DNA of 64,000 nucleotides from Antedon mediterranea (Eukaryota; Animalia; Echinodermata): assembly GCF_964355755.1 (NCBI RefSeq), contig NC_092671.1, forward strand, positions 16,182,001-16,246,000. Direction: 5' to 3'. Shown here in pieces: positions 12,201 through 27,200 of this stretch. The notes under the pieces are model-generated. The model did no database searches and was not told the origin of the DNA. It saw only the letters and a program-made list of their open reading frames with translations. Made by a program: the position numbers and the translations under genes. How positions within the stretch are numbered: position 1 is the first letter of the stretch; every line of letters starts with the position of its first letter.

Positions 12201-15200
12201 TTAAAATATACAGTAAAAAGGTCTATGAGTCTTTATTAATTTCTTCATAATCTTCTTGTAAAGAATATACTGTAATAAATATGACTGTACCGTACATGGG
12301 AAAAACATTTTTTTTATTTGAATGAATAGTTACTGTCTGTATTATTAGTTAAGTTTTTTCGATGCAATGCAACTGAACGACGTAGGCACAACCCACCATC
12401 ATGGTATGATTTGTCAAATTATTTCCATTGTGTCTACATACTTTGCGTTGCGTGGAAACCAAGCTTAAACCACAACAGTGTGTATAGCATTCTAGGTATT
12501 CAAAAAATTTCTGCTTGAGTTACTGTAAAAGTGGCAAGTAAAAATGGTTTTAAATCTACTGTATAATACCCTTTTCACACCTGCAAAAACTAAACAACAA
12601 GGTGTAACCGGGTTTGAAAGAAAACGCACCTCTTTTTTGGTTGTTACTGTACATACCTTGGTGTTAAATTCAACAATCATAGTAAACAAATATCGCGCAA
12701 CTGTATGATTTCTCCCGGTTTGCGTATTCGTGTATGAAAATGTGTAATGTTATATAGTAAATCGGGTGATCGAACCTGGTGATAAGTTTTACCAATTTTT
12801 TGCAGATGTGAAAATGGTATATATAAATAAATTTGGATGGTAGAATACAGCTTGATCCCATACATTATTTTTTCATATTATTGATGGTTGGTGTTGAGCT
12901 TTTGTGCGAGGGTTTATTGTATTTACAGTACAGTTATTCAAAGATTTATTTACAAAAAAAGAACGCATTAAGCATAAAAGAAATAAAGTATAACAGTAAC
13001 TGTATGATCAATAGTAAAGTATATATACAGTATATAGTGTAGACAATAGAATGTTGTTGGTTACAGATTTTAAGTACTGTAAATGTATCGTAAAAAAATG
13101 GTGTACTCTTGTTGTTAAGTGAAATTAGCAACGGTTTGTATAGTAGTTTACAATAAATCAGAATATACTGTAGTATTGTAATGTACTGTACTGTAGGTCT
13201 ATAAAAATATGTTGGATGGCTAGTAATAATCTTATCTGCTTAGTGGTCTATTGAGAATAAATAAAGAAAACTAGTTAAGAAAGGGCCTGTTTCTGCTGCA
13301 ACTGCTCAAAATACGGTATTTTTTATACCGTATTTTTTAGTACCCCGTTTCTGCTAACAATACTTCTTGGGTGGTCGTGTTAAATTTCATCCTTTTTACC
13401 CAAATTGCCATTCATTTATTTGGTCGATAATTAAAAGTCGCAATAAAGGAAGTTTTACGTCTCACTTTCTTCAACAGCCTACTGTAGCCCTAGTGATAGA
13501 GATGTTGTGATAGCACAGAAAACATCGTAATGGGGACAAGTAATTTGTTCCCTCCCCGAGGCTCTTCAGCTTTGAATTTACTTGCTTGGAGACAAGTCTA
13601 TTTCGTACTCCTGCTGCTTTATTTTTTTAGAAATTTCTTTATAAATGTGGTTGTCCCTTTTATTACCTTTTAGTTGGCCGGACATTTTAGCTTCACCAAC
13701 CCCTCCTTCCCCACACAGATTTATATAGTAAATACTGTGACGTCTTCGCTCCACATTTTCGCCGAATATATCTATACACGTGTGTAAAACAGCTGACAGC
13801 GGCAGAAAATAAAAACACGATGTTGACCAATGTCACAGGTAAAAAAAAATACGGTATTTTTTATTGGCAGCAGAAAAGGGTACAAAAAATACGGTATAAA
13901 TTTGTAAATACCGTATTTTATCCACAAATTTTGTGGGGAAAATACGGTATACAAAATACGGTTTTTTTTTTATGAGCGCTGTTTCTGCTGCCAAAAAAAT
14001 ACGGTATATACGGTATTAAAAAAATACCGTATAAAATACAGTATTTTCTTGGCAGCAGAAACAGGGCCATAGAAGTACAAGTGAAAAAGACTGTAGATAA
14101 GATTGAGAATAGTTTGTTAGCACTGGCAGGGTTGTCCATCCATCTATCGTAGTGCCATAGTAACATGATTAAGTTTTTAAAGTTCTTTTTATCATTTTTT
14201 TCATTAGTACTATTCATAGTCATTCAGATTCACATTGCTTCATGAAGGTTTTGGACGGGAGCTTGAGAGAAACATTGTACCAATGGCCATCAGAGTCTGA
14301 GAAGACAAAAATGAATGTTATTGGAACAACTGACTATACATTAGATCAGGTTGCATATATCAATGGTAAGTTTGGGTTTGTTAGTTAAGGTTGTTGTAAG
14401 TTATTTAAATATAATGACGACAAACACAAATAATTGTATTTTCGAACACCTGATAGCATTTATCTATCTGTACATACTTTACAGTACTGTGTATTTTACT
14501 TTGTGTTTTAACATTTTACTGTACTGCAGGGAATAATTTCGCCAGTGTAGCATAGCAAAAAGCTATACAAAAGAACCTTATTGCTACACATTTCTACAAT
14601 TGTGTAGCAATAAATACAATACGAAACTATGTTTCTGGACTAAAAAATCAGTATGATTAGTAATATTGCTAAACAAAATTTTTCCCTGGTACTGTACTAT
14701 TTTTATATTAAGTTTCCATGAGAAAGACCAATTTCAAATCTTTCGTTGATGAACTATTTGACAATAAAGTTTTCTTGTATCTTGTATTGTGCTGATAAAA
14801 GTACAACCCACTAATTAATGTACAGTACAGTAGTAACACACACATTTACTGATCAGATTCTTAAGTTCATTTATGTAGGTTAACTTTATAATTTATGTTG
14901 TGGGAAGTAATGTACAGTCAACAACTCTTACTATACTGAACATACTGTACACAAGCTGGAGCCTAATATCAAGTCTGATTTTATTCCAAATGTGTTTTCA
15001 GATCTAATAGATGTCAAATGTACATGGTTTGGGAGATTTTGCAGTATAGTGTGATATTAAGAAAGGTGACTGTAACAGTACTGTAGTATTTATAAGAAAA
15101 CCAAGAAAGATGAAATAGTTTTAAACCATATCATGATGAACTAATGGTTATAGCACTGTAGTGTATGTACACTGACTTATTCATCAGTGATTAGTTTTAT

Positions 15201-18200
15201 AGTTAAAGATGATACTTGTCCATTAAAAAGATTATTTTTACAGAGTAATTTTCTAAATGAAAGAAGTACTGTATAGTACGGTAGGTTTATAATATACTGT
15301 GACGAATTAGTACAGATTGATGATTTGGAAAACTACAATTATTTGTATATATTGTACTGTGTAAACATACTAACAATAACAGCATCCTATGCCACAGAAG
15401 GACAGTTGTAACTGGTTGTGTTCTATTTATAAACATTCCTGTGGACTTATAGGTATTAAATAAAACCTAAATAAATCCACATGAATTGTTGTATATAATA
15501 CAGAAAACATTCCTCAAACCGGACTCTCTAGTCTAAAATATAAAAAAAACCACTTCCAATTAATTCTCTAAACTAGTTTTTGACATTAAATACGTCAGAA
15601 AACCAAGCATCGTGAGTATGCTCAAAGGTGTTGTTGTTATAGATCTTGCCACCATTTTTGCTTTTTGTCGCCTGCAGTACGTATTTTTGGTTGCGTACTG
15701 TCAAGGAGAGTTGGCTGTACTATAACATTCTACAATATTAAAACGTTTTATTTTCTGTCTTGTTATTGAACAATTAGGGAAATGACGTCAGCTGAAGAAC
15801 AGATTAAATGTAATTGATAGGATATCGATAAAGGATTTTGCCATGGGTTATACTGTCCCTGTAGCAGTTGTGCCAAATGGTGTTCGATATCCATGAGGTA
15901 CCTACTTCAATTCTGCCTTTCGTAGCCTACAGTACGTAGGTATGCTGAGAAGTTGAAATGGGTCAATTAACTCAATCTACGTCATAAATACAGTATGTAT
16001 TTTTGAAAACCTGTTTTTTTTAAAGGCCTGTTCAGTTAAATGGTTATTGATCGTAGTTTAGTAAAGGTCTTTAAATAAATAACAATATAGTTTTAGTTTT
16101 GTGGGGTTTTGTACATTAGAAAACTGTTTATCAATATGAGTAAAGCTGTATAGGGTGTCATTAAAGTTATTGATGACTGTGTTATGGAACTATGCCAAAA
16201 TGTCACTATATGTGAAAAGGTGTTGATAAATGCAAAGAAAGATTGATTACTCACCATCTGTGAGGCACAATATTGAAATGTTTACATTAAAGGTGATATA
16301 GAATATTTGTTAAAAGAAGTTCTTCCGCCAAACGTGTAGAAAAGGTTGACCAATAGCTGGAGCCCAGGGAGGGGTTTGCGCCCCTGACCAAAAAAAAGGA
16401 CCTCCCTGTAAATCCTAGCAAAGAACTTATAACACAAGAATCTCCTGTTCTTCAATTTGCATTCAAAACACAGTATCGGAAGTACAGAGTTAAAAGGTCA
16501 AACTGGGCGACGCCATTTCACAGCATGGAGCAGCGCCCCCTCCAAACTAGGAAGTCAATTACTCTACCCCCTAGAGTATTAGCAGACCCCCTCTATGATT
16601 TTGACTTTCTAATTTGATGCGGGCGCCCTACTCCTCAGTCAATTACTCTATCCCCCCTAGAGCATTAGCAGATCCCCTCTATGATTTTGACTTTCTAATT
16701 TGATGCGGGCGCCCTACTCCATGGTTCACAATGGCGCAACCCATACAGTAGCTCTATTCTATCCCACAATGCCTTTCGAAATTGTTACGCGCTTCGGACG
16801 AACAGGAGATTCTTGTGTTATAAGTTCTTTGATCCTAGCTAAAGGTATGATAGCATGCAAAAACAAACATACGACTTTTGATGTAATAGTTTTAATTATT
16901 GTTCTTTCTGTACTGTACTGCAAGGGTCTTTTTTTTAATAGATATTCTGTTTAATAACAGATACATATAAACTTCATTTCATCCTTTACAGGAAATTTAC
17001 ATGGTCGTACTGTAGTTCAAGATACTGATAATAATGATGATATTGAACTATGACTAAATTTTCTGTAAAAGATGAAATAATGATTTATTATCAATTATTT
17101 TTGTTTATCAATCAGTAGTAAACATTTTGTATCAACGTAAATATAGTGTAGTATGAAATGAACAAAGTCTGTGACCTATTGTACACAACAAAGATATACT
17201 ACACTACTGTACAGGTAGGGCCGTTATTTCCTAAGGTCGCAGTGACCCACATAACATTCCAGTAAACAACATTTTGAATTTCCCACCCATCAACAAACAT
17301 ACTCACTAATCAATTCTTCATCTATACTTGAACAATTCCCCAAAAATATTTACCATAGAAGGAGGATTGTTTTGACCATTATTCAATGATAAATTGATGC
17401 ATGATAATTATACCCGGACTACGTTGACAGGAACGGGTCTTCACAGACTATACTGTCTGCATACATCTCATAGGCTCTCTTGTCCCAGACATGCTTTGGG
17501 GCTTACGCATACCCAGTCCGAGTTTACAAATTTCCATTTTTTCAACCTTATTAAACTATAAAGCTTTCCATGATTCAGTTTCTTAATGCTTTTCCTAATA
17601 TATTTCGGCATCTTGAATACAACTACCTAAAGGCGCGGCACGAAATACTGTAAATGTTATTTTAAACTAATGTACAGTACTGTATTTTGAACACAAAATT
17701 GGCTGTAAGAGGTGTAGGCCCACATTATTCTGATGAAATTTGTAGTGGGCCAGCTGCCTGATTCTTTCGGCTTGCCTTAAAAGAATTATTATACATAATT
17801 TAATCTGCTTGAAATGATGTGAAAACATTGATATTGATCTAATATCTCACTGAGAGTGATATCAATTCACACTTTGCTTAAGTTAACAGTCCCATGACAT
17901 TTACACCTTCTTTATCAATATTGAGTGAAGAATTCAATTTACTACTGTAAATGTATTAATCAATTCATAAAATCTCCACATGAGGTGGAATGATTTTGCT
18001 GGAACAATCATGTAGTGATTTAATACTGATTTGACACTGATTTGATGATAATATTAGGGACATTACAAAGTTGAATAGATACATTTTAAAAGATATTTAA
18101 AAAAAAAATTATTTTAGAAGCATATAAATTGATTATATTCATTTTTGTACATTTTCGCTTTTTTGTTAGGTGTGGCACGCGACCTAATCGGCAACAGAAG

Positions 18201-21200
18201 CTTTTGGCCTCTTTTGTCACTCCTTTTTGCAATCAAACTATTTGTTGTCTGTATGTTTTTGTCTTCTTGAGGAAATGAATAAAATAAAAAAATGTACAAT
18301 TACTGTACTAATCTTCATAAGTGGTCAAAAGCACACTTCAAGATTCTTAAATTTCCGATGTAAAATGTTCCAAAAATAATCTGTACCAAAATGCATTTTC
18401 TTTTGTTTGTAGTGTAATTAATTGATGGTCTTTGCATACATTGGTCAGGGAGTTCATTGGTCTACTACTACTATACGTAGACCTTGAAAACATGGTCTTG
18501 TTCAAAAGCTGCAAACTTCCTGTTAAGCAGTGAGAATTACTTACAATAGAACAGATTTGATGACTTTACTGTATCTTCATAATTGTACATAAAGTATATT
18601 TTGAACCTGTCATATTATTTGATATGATGCGTAATTCATATTTGGTATTGCCATATTAGGGCATGACATACTCGGTATAGAGACTGCCTTCTTCATGACC
18701 ATGCCAAATTAAAAATGGGTCAATTAATGAGTTAATATTGTGAACATATGTTTTTATTCAAACTGCAATGTCAAATATAGTAAAGGTATAAGGTAAAATG
18801 TTAATAATATATTTAAATTGAGAATATTTAGTTATCCAATGAAATTGTAAAATACAGTTAAAATTTCAGTTTAATACAGAAATTCCTATTTACTCTTCTC
18901 CTACAGTAGGAAAACAAGTTCAAGTTGGCTGATGTTAAACCTTTAATTGCTTTGTGTTTTCAGTTGTACCCAGTTATACATTAGAAAGACCAGTAAATTT
19001 GTAATGAAATATCAATCAATCTATCTTTTGCCACTCCTTTGTGCAATCTAGCTAATTTTTTGTATTTGTGTCTGTATAACTGTGTTTGCCGAAATTAATA
19101 AAATAAAATTAAATTAAAAGTATTGCCAATTAATCATGTAATGTTTATTTCAGGCATTGGCATTTAATTATTACTATACTACAAATACATAATGAATGTG
19201 CTTATTGTATCCTACAGACAGCCCTATCTCATATCAGGGATACTGTATATACAGTACTTCATTAAAAGAATTGCCATTTCAAACCAATTAAATGTTGGTC
19301 TTCTGTTATCAAGTAACTCCAAAACTTGATCCAAATTCATGCTCAAAAGAAGGGTTTATTCTGAAGCCAGTTGTTTTTGCCATAAAACTTTCACATACTG
19401 TAGCTTTACCCATTTCACATTGTCTAACAAAATTCTTATTTGGAGTTTGCACACGATTCAAAACGCAGGTGTGTTGATGATCAGGTGTTTTATTTATTTT
19501 TTATTGTTATTTACATGAATTTTAATTTCATTATTTTAGACACAAAGGGCATTCATCGTATTGAGAATGTAAGCCATAGTGAAAGAGCGGTTAGTTTGCA
19601 CTTGTACTCGCCTCCTATCCAGACATGCAGATCATTTGATGAGAGAACTAGTCACTCAATAACGTGTAAAACTACATTTTGGAGCAAATTTGGTGAAAGG
19701 ACACCATTTGTAAGTACTGTATTCTAAAGCTCTGTCTTCACTATCAAACTAGTTTGACAAAAAAAAAAAGGTATGATATGCCCAAGCATGGTAGTCATAT
19801 GACGTCATCATGTCCATATATGGGCACATCACATTTTTTTGTCACATAAAGTTTGGTAGTGTGGACAGAGCTTTATTAGGTTTTGTTTCTATACTATTTT
19901 TGAAGAATACAGAATGTATTGATGTAGTTCTTTGATAGTAAACCAGTTATGTAAATAAAACTTACGAATCCAAACCAGAAGAAATGTTTTCATTATTACA
20001 GAATGTAGTTAAGTTTCAATTTCAAGTTCAGTGCCTTATTCAGTGTTTTTTGTCTTGTACGTCGCTATTGTTCAACACATTATTTTTTATATACTTATCT
20101 ATCTTAAATCTTACATCCTATTTTGACCTTGTGTATTATATAAAGAATGCAGAATGTAATCTGTAATGTACTGTACTATGAAGCAAGTTCATGTTTCATT
20201 TTCAAGTTCAGTGTATTATTCAGCGTTTTTTTTCTTGTTTATAATGTACATCGTCCAACAACACATTCTTTATGATTATACTTATCTTAAGAAATCCTAC
20301 ATCATATTTTGACCTTGTATATTTTATCAAAGAATGCAGAATGTACTCTCTAATGTACTTCACTTTCATAAAGTTCAGTTACTGATCTACAGTATATTAT
20401 TTTTCAATAGTTTTCCTGTTTAACATTTCTTACATTAATAAATTATGTATTTATTCTCCATCCATTGTTTATTTTTCTTGAAGATTAGAATGTACTATTG
20501 CGACTGTGGTACTTTTCGAACTACAGTACTGTTATTCCCAGAAGGCAATAGGCAATGTTTTTATGTGATTTGATTACCTGGCATATGGAACCTAGACAAC
20601 ATATGTAATAATGCGTTTGACAATATATTGAACTCAAATCAGGAAAACATTATTTAATATTGTCTTGTTTCAGATTTTATAGAATGATTAGTGAATAGTG
20701 TGCAACATTTAAAAACAGAAATAAGACCAAACCACACCTAGTATAGACAGCCATCTGTTTTATACACTTATAATAAAACCCATTTGAACACTAGACATGT
20801 AACTCGTCACTTTGACGAGTTTGGTTATCCACCGCGCAAGTGGTGCAACATTAACACTAAGGGGTTAGGTTGAGGACAAAAGGAAGTGTTCACGTTGGCA
20901 TTATGACCTGAACTGAAGAATATGATATGTTTGTTATTGCTGAATTTTATTATTTAAATTCATATATAGTATACACAGTATAATCTGTATCCATATCACA
21001 TACAGTGTAGAATAGGTGAAATTACGGGACCCGCTATTTATTGCAATTTTTAACATGTTGACGGTTTTAAAATGAAACGCGAAGATAGCAATTCCGAAAG
21101 GAAATTATCTCAGCAACAACGTATTAGCGTGTAGAAGAAATTTGAATACGTGAAATATTGATGCGCGCTCTTTTAAATGTAATGAATTATGACGCAAAAG

Positions 21201-24200
21201 ATGAAAATACGACCTTTTTTATTTAACTGGCCATATAATGACGTCACAACATCCGATTGGCAACATTTTTACATAATTTCGTATCTACAATCCAATAGCT
21301 TCCAGAAAAAGTTTTAATCGTGATTATCACATTTTATTCTTTCGAGCTATAACAGATTAAAATTTACTGTAAAGATGAAATTGATGCCACACGTGATTTA
21401 AATTTTTAGGCATGATGACGTCAAAAAAATTAAAATATTTTTAACTCATGCGAAAGATAGTTGATTGACCTAGACAATATCAAAATCGGGGTGAAAATGG
21501 AAATCGGATAAGTGGAGATGCGCTCTATTCAATGTGATGAGCTATGACGAAAGATACAAAAATCCTAAATTTTATATTCGCGTGGCCATACGATGACGTC
21601 ACTATGTCCGGTTAGCCATATTAATACCTGATCCGATATCTACAACTCATCTACTTCTAGAATATGTCATCCACAAAAATTTGACCGTCTAGTTTAGAAA
21701 TTACGACTGTTTAAAAAAAGGCATATTTTAAACGAATTTTTTAACCTTTTCATAAAAAACGCGCGCAAATTGTCCAATTCGACGTGCTCGTATGACGTAT
21801 CTTTAAGTCGAAATTGTTTAAAATTTGGTAAAATTACTAGAAAAGGCTGGAAAAACATAAATTACGCGAATAAAATACGTTTTCGATGCTACGTGCGCAC
21901 CGCACACGTAAAAATGTGCGCACGCGTGGGAATTGTTGACATGCTTAAAACGACATGAAACGCGTAGAAAGTTGATTATAAATTAATTTTGCGCATTTTG
22001 AAATTTTATATGCGCGTGCGCGCGTAACTTTGTGTAAAACACGCAATTTTTTTTCAACAGAAAGTTAGCGCAGGATATAAATTAAACTTTTGCAAAGTTT
22101 CAAGTTGAAATGTTATTTGGTTGTCGAGCTATGTTAAATACGACAAAATCGTTAAATCGCGCGTAAGTCACGTTGCGCAATTGTAAAAATCATGAAAAGC
22201 TTCGCTGCACATCTTCATGTGCACGACGATATGTTGAGAAAGTTACAAAATGTTATGTTTGCAAGTTTTCGAGAAAAGCGTTCCACAAAAATCATACAGA
22301 AAGAAAGAAGAGAAATAAAAAGTTGATGTTGATGATGATTTCGTACAATCACAAGAGGTTATCCTGCAACTTCGTTGCGGATAACCAATAAATAATATCG
22401 AATGTTTATATGACCTTAGTTGGCATAGCAGCTGTAATAAAAGTATACAACAGTAATAAACGAACAGTCCACATTTCACTTCAATAACCAAAAAAATTGC
22501 TTGCTGTATTCTCGGTAGTATTTCCAAAGTATCATTGGAATATTTGGTAATACAACACATTTAACATGTGTTTCACATGTATTTAGTAGTAACCTAACCC
22601 TTAAACTAACCTTACATTAAACTGTACAGGCACCACATGTGATATACAGTATCTGAACCTTCATTTTACGTACGGTACAGGACCGAAAGGCGTATGTAAA
22701 ACAAGGGATTTGTAAAATCCAAGTTGACCTTAAATTGACCACCAAATACGTAGCTAAAAAGACTGGCGTGTTTGCCTACTTTGTACAGCATGCAGGTGGT
22801 CACTAGCTTTAGCTAGGCCCATCCTAGACTAATCTAGGCCAGGCTAGCAGGCCTAGCAAGATGTGAGGCCTAGAAAAGTACAGTATATACAGGCTGTGCG
22901 ATGTTTAAAATAGTGTTATAAATAAAATATCAATGTTCTTGTATTTTCTATCAATAAAAACAGTCGCTGCTGTAGGGGAATGCACTTTGTTGTTGTTAAA
23001 TTGCACCCTCAATATAAGAAAATGATGATGTCATCGGTCATTTTAAGAGTACGTAAAATCAAGGGAACATAAAATCAGGGTATGTAAAACGAAGGTTCTA
23101 CTGTAAATGAAATGCTGTATTACCAAATATTGCTATGATACCTCGAAAATAGATAGTATGTAGAGATACAACACTGGAAATTGGGTGTATATAGCCCTTT
23201 TCACCTAAAGAGGAGAAAATACCTACCTAGTCGATTTTATGACTTATTTTGACCTCCATCCCCATTTATAAATGTATTTATTGTGAAAAAACAGTAAAAA
23301 ACAAACATATGTTGGTAAGTGGCACTCATAGAAAGTTACTGGTTTGTGTAAGTAGAGAACATAATTTTGAATATAGAAAGTTTAACAGTTTATTTAGCTG
23401 TTCTGTATAAAAAGTAATAACTAAAACAACAAAGTAATGACGTGGGTTTGCATAATACAAGTAGCGATCCTGGGAAATCAATTGAAAATTAATTTTTGAA
23501 ACACCTCATGGTTGCAAAAATAAACACTCAGAAACATTGATAAAAACCGGTAGAGTGCATCAAAATAATTAAGATCTGACGCAACCACTGTGATCAGGAT
23601 GTAAAAAGTCATTAATAACTGAATAATTCTAAGATTAAATTGGTATTGGATTCATAGGAGATCCTTTGGGTCTCATGAAATTAAACATCTAATTTCATCT
23701 TTAAATTAGATGATGATATGGGCACATTGTTATGATGTAAAAAACAAGCTGATTTGGTTCATAAATTATTAACGAAAATGTAGGTAGGTTCATGCATCAA
23801 CTTTATTAGATGGAAACTTGTTAACAGACAAAAAAGAATATTTTTTGTTTTCTTTTAGTAGGGTAGCCCTCCCAACACTGAAGGTCTGTGGCGTTTCTAG
23901 CCTTCTCAACATATTTTAATGTTTTTTCCTCTTGGGCTCGGCTCAGTAGCCTCTGTAAGCTCCGGGTCCCTGGGTTTAGCCAATGGGCACTCATAGCTGT
24001 TTACCATACTGGATCCAACACTGTACTACTGTATCTGGCCTCTAAAAGGTTTAAGATTGCCATACTAATTATTGTCACGTGCTGTATACAATTAACCTTG
24101 TTTTTTACCAAGTTCAGTAAGTGATGTTGAATACAATAACATAAAGAATAATGGACAAATCCTCATTAGCAAACTAAAGGCTATGTTCATTACATTTTAC

Positions 24201-27200
24201 TTGAACAGGAAATATATATAATATATAAAAAAATATGATTCGTCCACATGCTCTCTGTAGTCTGGGACAAAACAGTCCTATACAGTATACTGTACATATA
24301 GTACAGTAGATATGAATATAAAAAACCGTGTGAAAAATGTTCAAAACATATTATAAACCCCTATCAGTTGACAGCTTCTTTCAGGTGGAGTTTAACATGG
24401 ATGAATAATCATTGTTTATTAAACCATATGATTAAAAAAAAAATTTACTAGATATTATTATTATTTTATGATCAATAATATGTCAATTTATGGTGGAAAC
24501 AGTTTGGGAGAAAATGTCACGACACGTACATGACTTGTTGTTTGTACGTACGCATTGTGATGTTTGCTCCTAAACCCTTCCCATCATGCATTGTGCAATG
24601 ACGTTCCTCGCGAAATCAAGCTATTTGCAATAATTATAATGTATACTCCCAGCCCTGACATACTGTAACGTTTATTAACGATTATTTTTTTTAATAGATT
24701 TCTATATATTGTTGAAGTAATAATGTAAATTCATATTTGCTTTCAATTAGTATTGTGGATATTCATTCATCTGACATGACACAATGCATTATATAATTTC
24801 TTAACTTTCAAAACCCAATTCCGTTATTATAATCTCAAATGATGATATGATATGATATACAGTAGAATCCCTATGAAGGGGACACTATCGGGACCCTGAG
24901 TAGGGGGTTGGCCATATATTTCCCCTTGTTCGTTTCACATGAAAATTTCCCTTAATAGGTTTGTCCCTTGTATAGGAGTATCCCAGTGTCTTACAGCCAA
25001 AGGCTAAATCGTCTTGCATAAGAATCGCGAACCGCGTCCCTCTGTGTGGTACTTCTCTCCAATATGACTGCTGGCAAATGAACCAATTAGACCATGGATT
25101 AAAGAATAGAAGGATATGCATCGACGTGAGATCAAGGGTTCCTTGACTCTCGCCGACAGAGCGCGGACCGCCCACAATGTTACAGTTTAATTAACCGCAT
25201 GGTAACAACGAAACGGTCGCGTGCCTAATATATTGTTTACTGCACATGTGCAACGACATTTAACCTTGTTGGCCTCTGCCTCACGCCACTGCTGAGTATA
25301 ATGTTTATTGAAAACAGTTATTAAATTACATTGTACGTTATTGTGAAGACCCTAGTGTAGGCTTACTTCATCAATATACCAGATAAAATACTATATTGTT
25401 ATTGGCTTAGAATTGTAGATGCTATAATTGTAATTAGTATAGGTTTCTGCCGCGATTGATCTACGCTAATGTTTTTATGACATGAAAGTAGCATTTGAGA
25501 CAATAACTATTTGTTGTCTCAGCCTACATGTAAAATTACAAAATCAGCAAGGATACTAGGCCTTCTAGGCTTACTAGTAAACCATATGATTTGCCGACAT
25601 TGATACTACCTATGTAGGTAGGCCTAGGCTAATATTAAGTGTAGTAGATACAACGTGTAATCATGATCTATATACTCACCATTGTCTTACTTCTTGTGTG
25701 AATAATAATATATACTTCGTTTGTTCGTGATTAAGTTTGCCATGCGTGTACTTTTCAAAACGACTGCTAGGTAACGTATCGCAACTATACATAGCCAGCC
25801 AATCCCGGATCAGGGATCGCTGTTTTCATTCAATTAGCAGGGAAAAATTTCATTTGAAAATTTTGTTTAGCAAAATTGCTAATCAAACTGATTTTTGAGT
25901 CAAGAAACATGTTTTGTATTGTATTTTTTGCTACACAATTGTAGAAATGTGTAGCAAAAAGGTTGTTTTGTATAGCTTTTTGCTATGCTACACTGGCGAA
26001 ATTATTCCCTGATTAGGCCCGGTGATTGGATGTGATGTTGATGACATAACTACTAGCCAATCACCAGGCACTAAAATTTAAATATAATTACATCGATAAT
26101 TAAGGAGATTTATGAAGAAACCACTGCTTAGCCATATATTAAAAACACGATTGTTCTATGTGTGGACACCGGACACGCTAACAACATACATGGTCAAATG
26201 CATAATTTAATATTCTATAGATTAACGCAATTTTTAATGACAGAAGATGGCAGGCAAATAATGATAATTCAAATATAAAAATTGCATATTTTATTAATAT
26301 TACCAACTACTTAAAATTACCAGTCGAAAGAAAGTGAACTTTTTGTAGTCCGATTGTTATAAAACTAAAACAGAATGGTTCAGCAATACATTTTTGTTGT
26401 CAATTAATCATCGACGCAGACATATCAATAGAACATTCAGACTGCGCATACGATTTCTACATGGTTACGTTTTGGTCTAAAAAAATGTAGCAGTTGATTC
26501 GCAGCGTTCTACAGAGGGCCGCGGTTAGAGACACGGAGTTCAATGTTTGATTGGCAGCAGTGCTTTAGTATAGGCAAGCGCGTTGTAAAATCGTTTGATG
26601 TCGCCATCGATGCATATCCTTCTAATTCTTTTATCCATGATTAGACACACCAAGAATTTGTTTCTATAAAGTATTGTTGTTATTGTCATTCTCGATATAG
26701 TTAATCTGAAAAAATATACATACATTTTAACTAAATATTTTAGTTTTTTTTTATGTGTCTTCTCAAAATAGTATGAATCATTATTAATCTGTTTAAAAAT
26801 TGTCGATCAAGTCAGACGGCCATCTTGTAGAGAACTTCTCTATAAGATCCATTGCTATACAGTCGCCCTCTAGCCTTCGGCTTAATATCACCTCTCTGAT
26901 CCATACACAATGCTCGTACATAATATTATTACAGTTGGTTATATGCATTCATGCATATAACCTCTTGATTCTGTCAGAATCTTTATTTATTTCTTTATTT
27001 ATTTATTTATTTATTCTTTCCTTAGCACTATTTGTCCATTAATTATCTTGATATCAGTTTCATCTAACTAAGTCAATTTTTCAGAGTATATTCCTTATGG
27101 CCAGGAATCGATGTGGTTATGTTTTCACGGTGCGCAATCAAACATTACGCGGTCTACGCGCGATTTAACGAAATCACGTTAGTAATCATATCTTCACAAG

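Noticed and set aside
19984-20166. Hydrophobic ORF as an alternative CDO1 C-terminus
   Set aside because: Lies in a tandemly duplicated AT-rich intronic unit, and the conserved ENN* exon exists at 28370.
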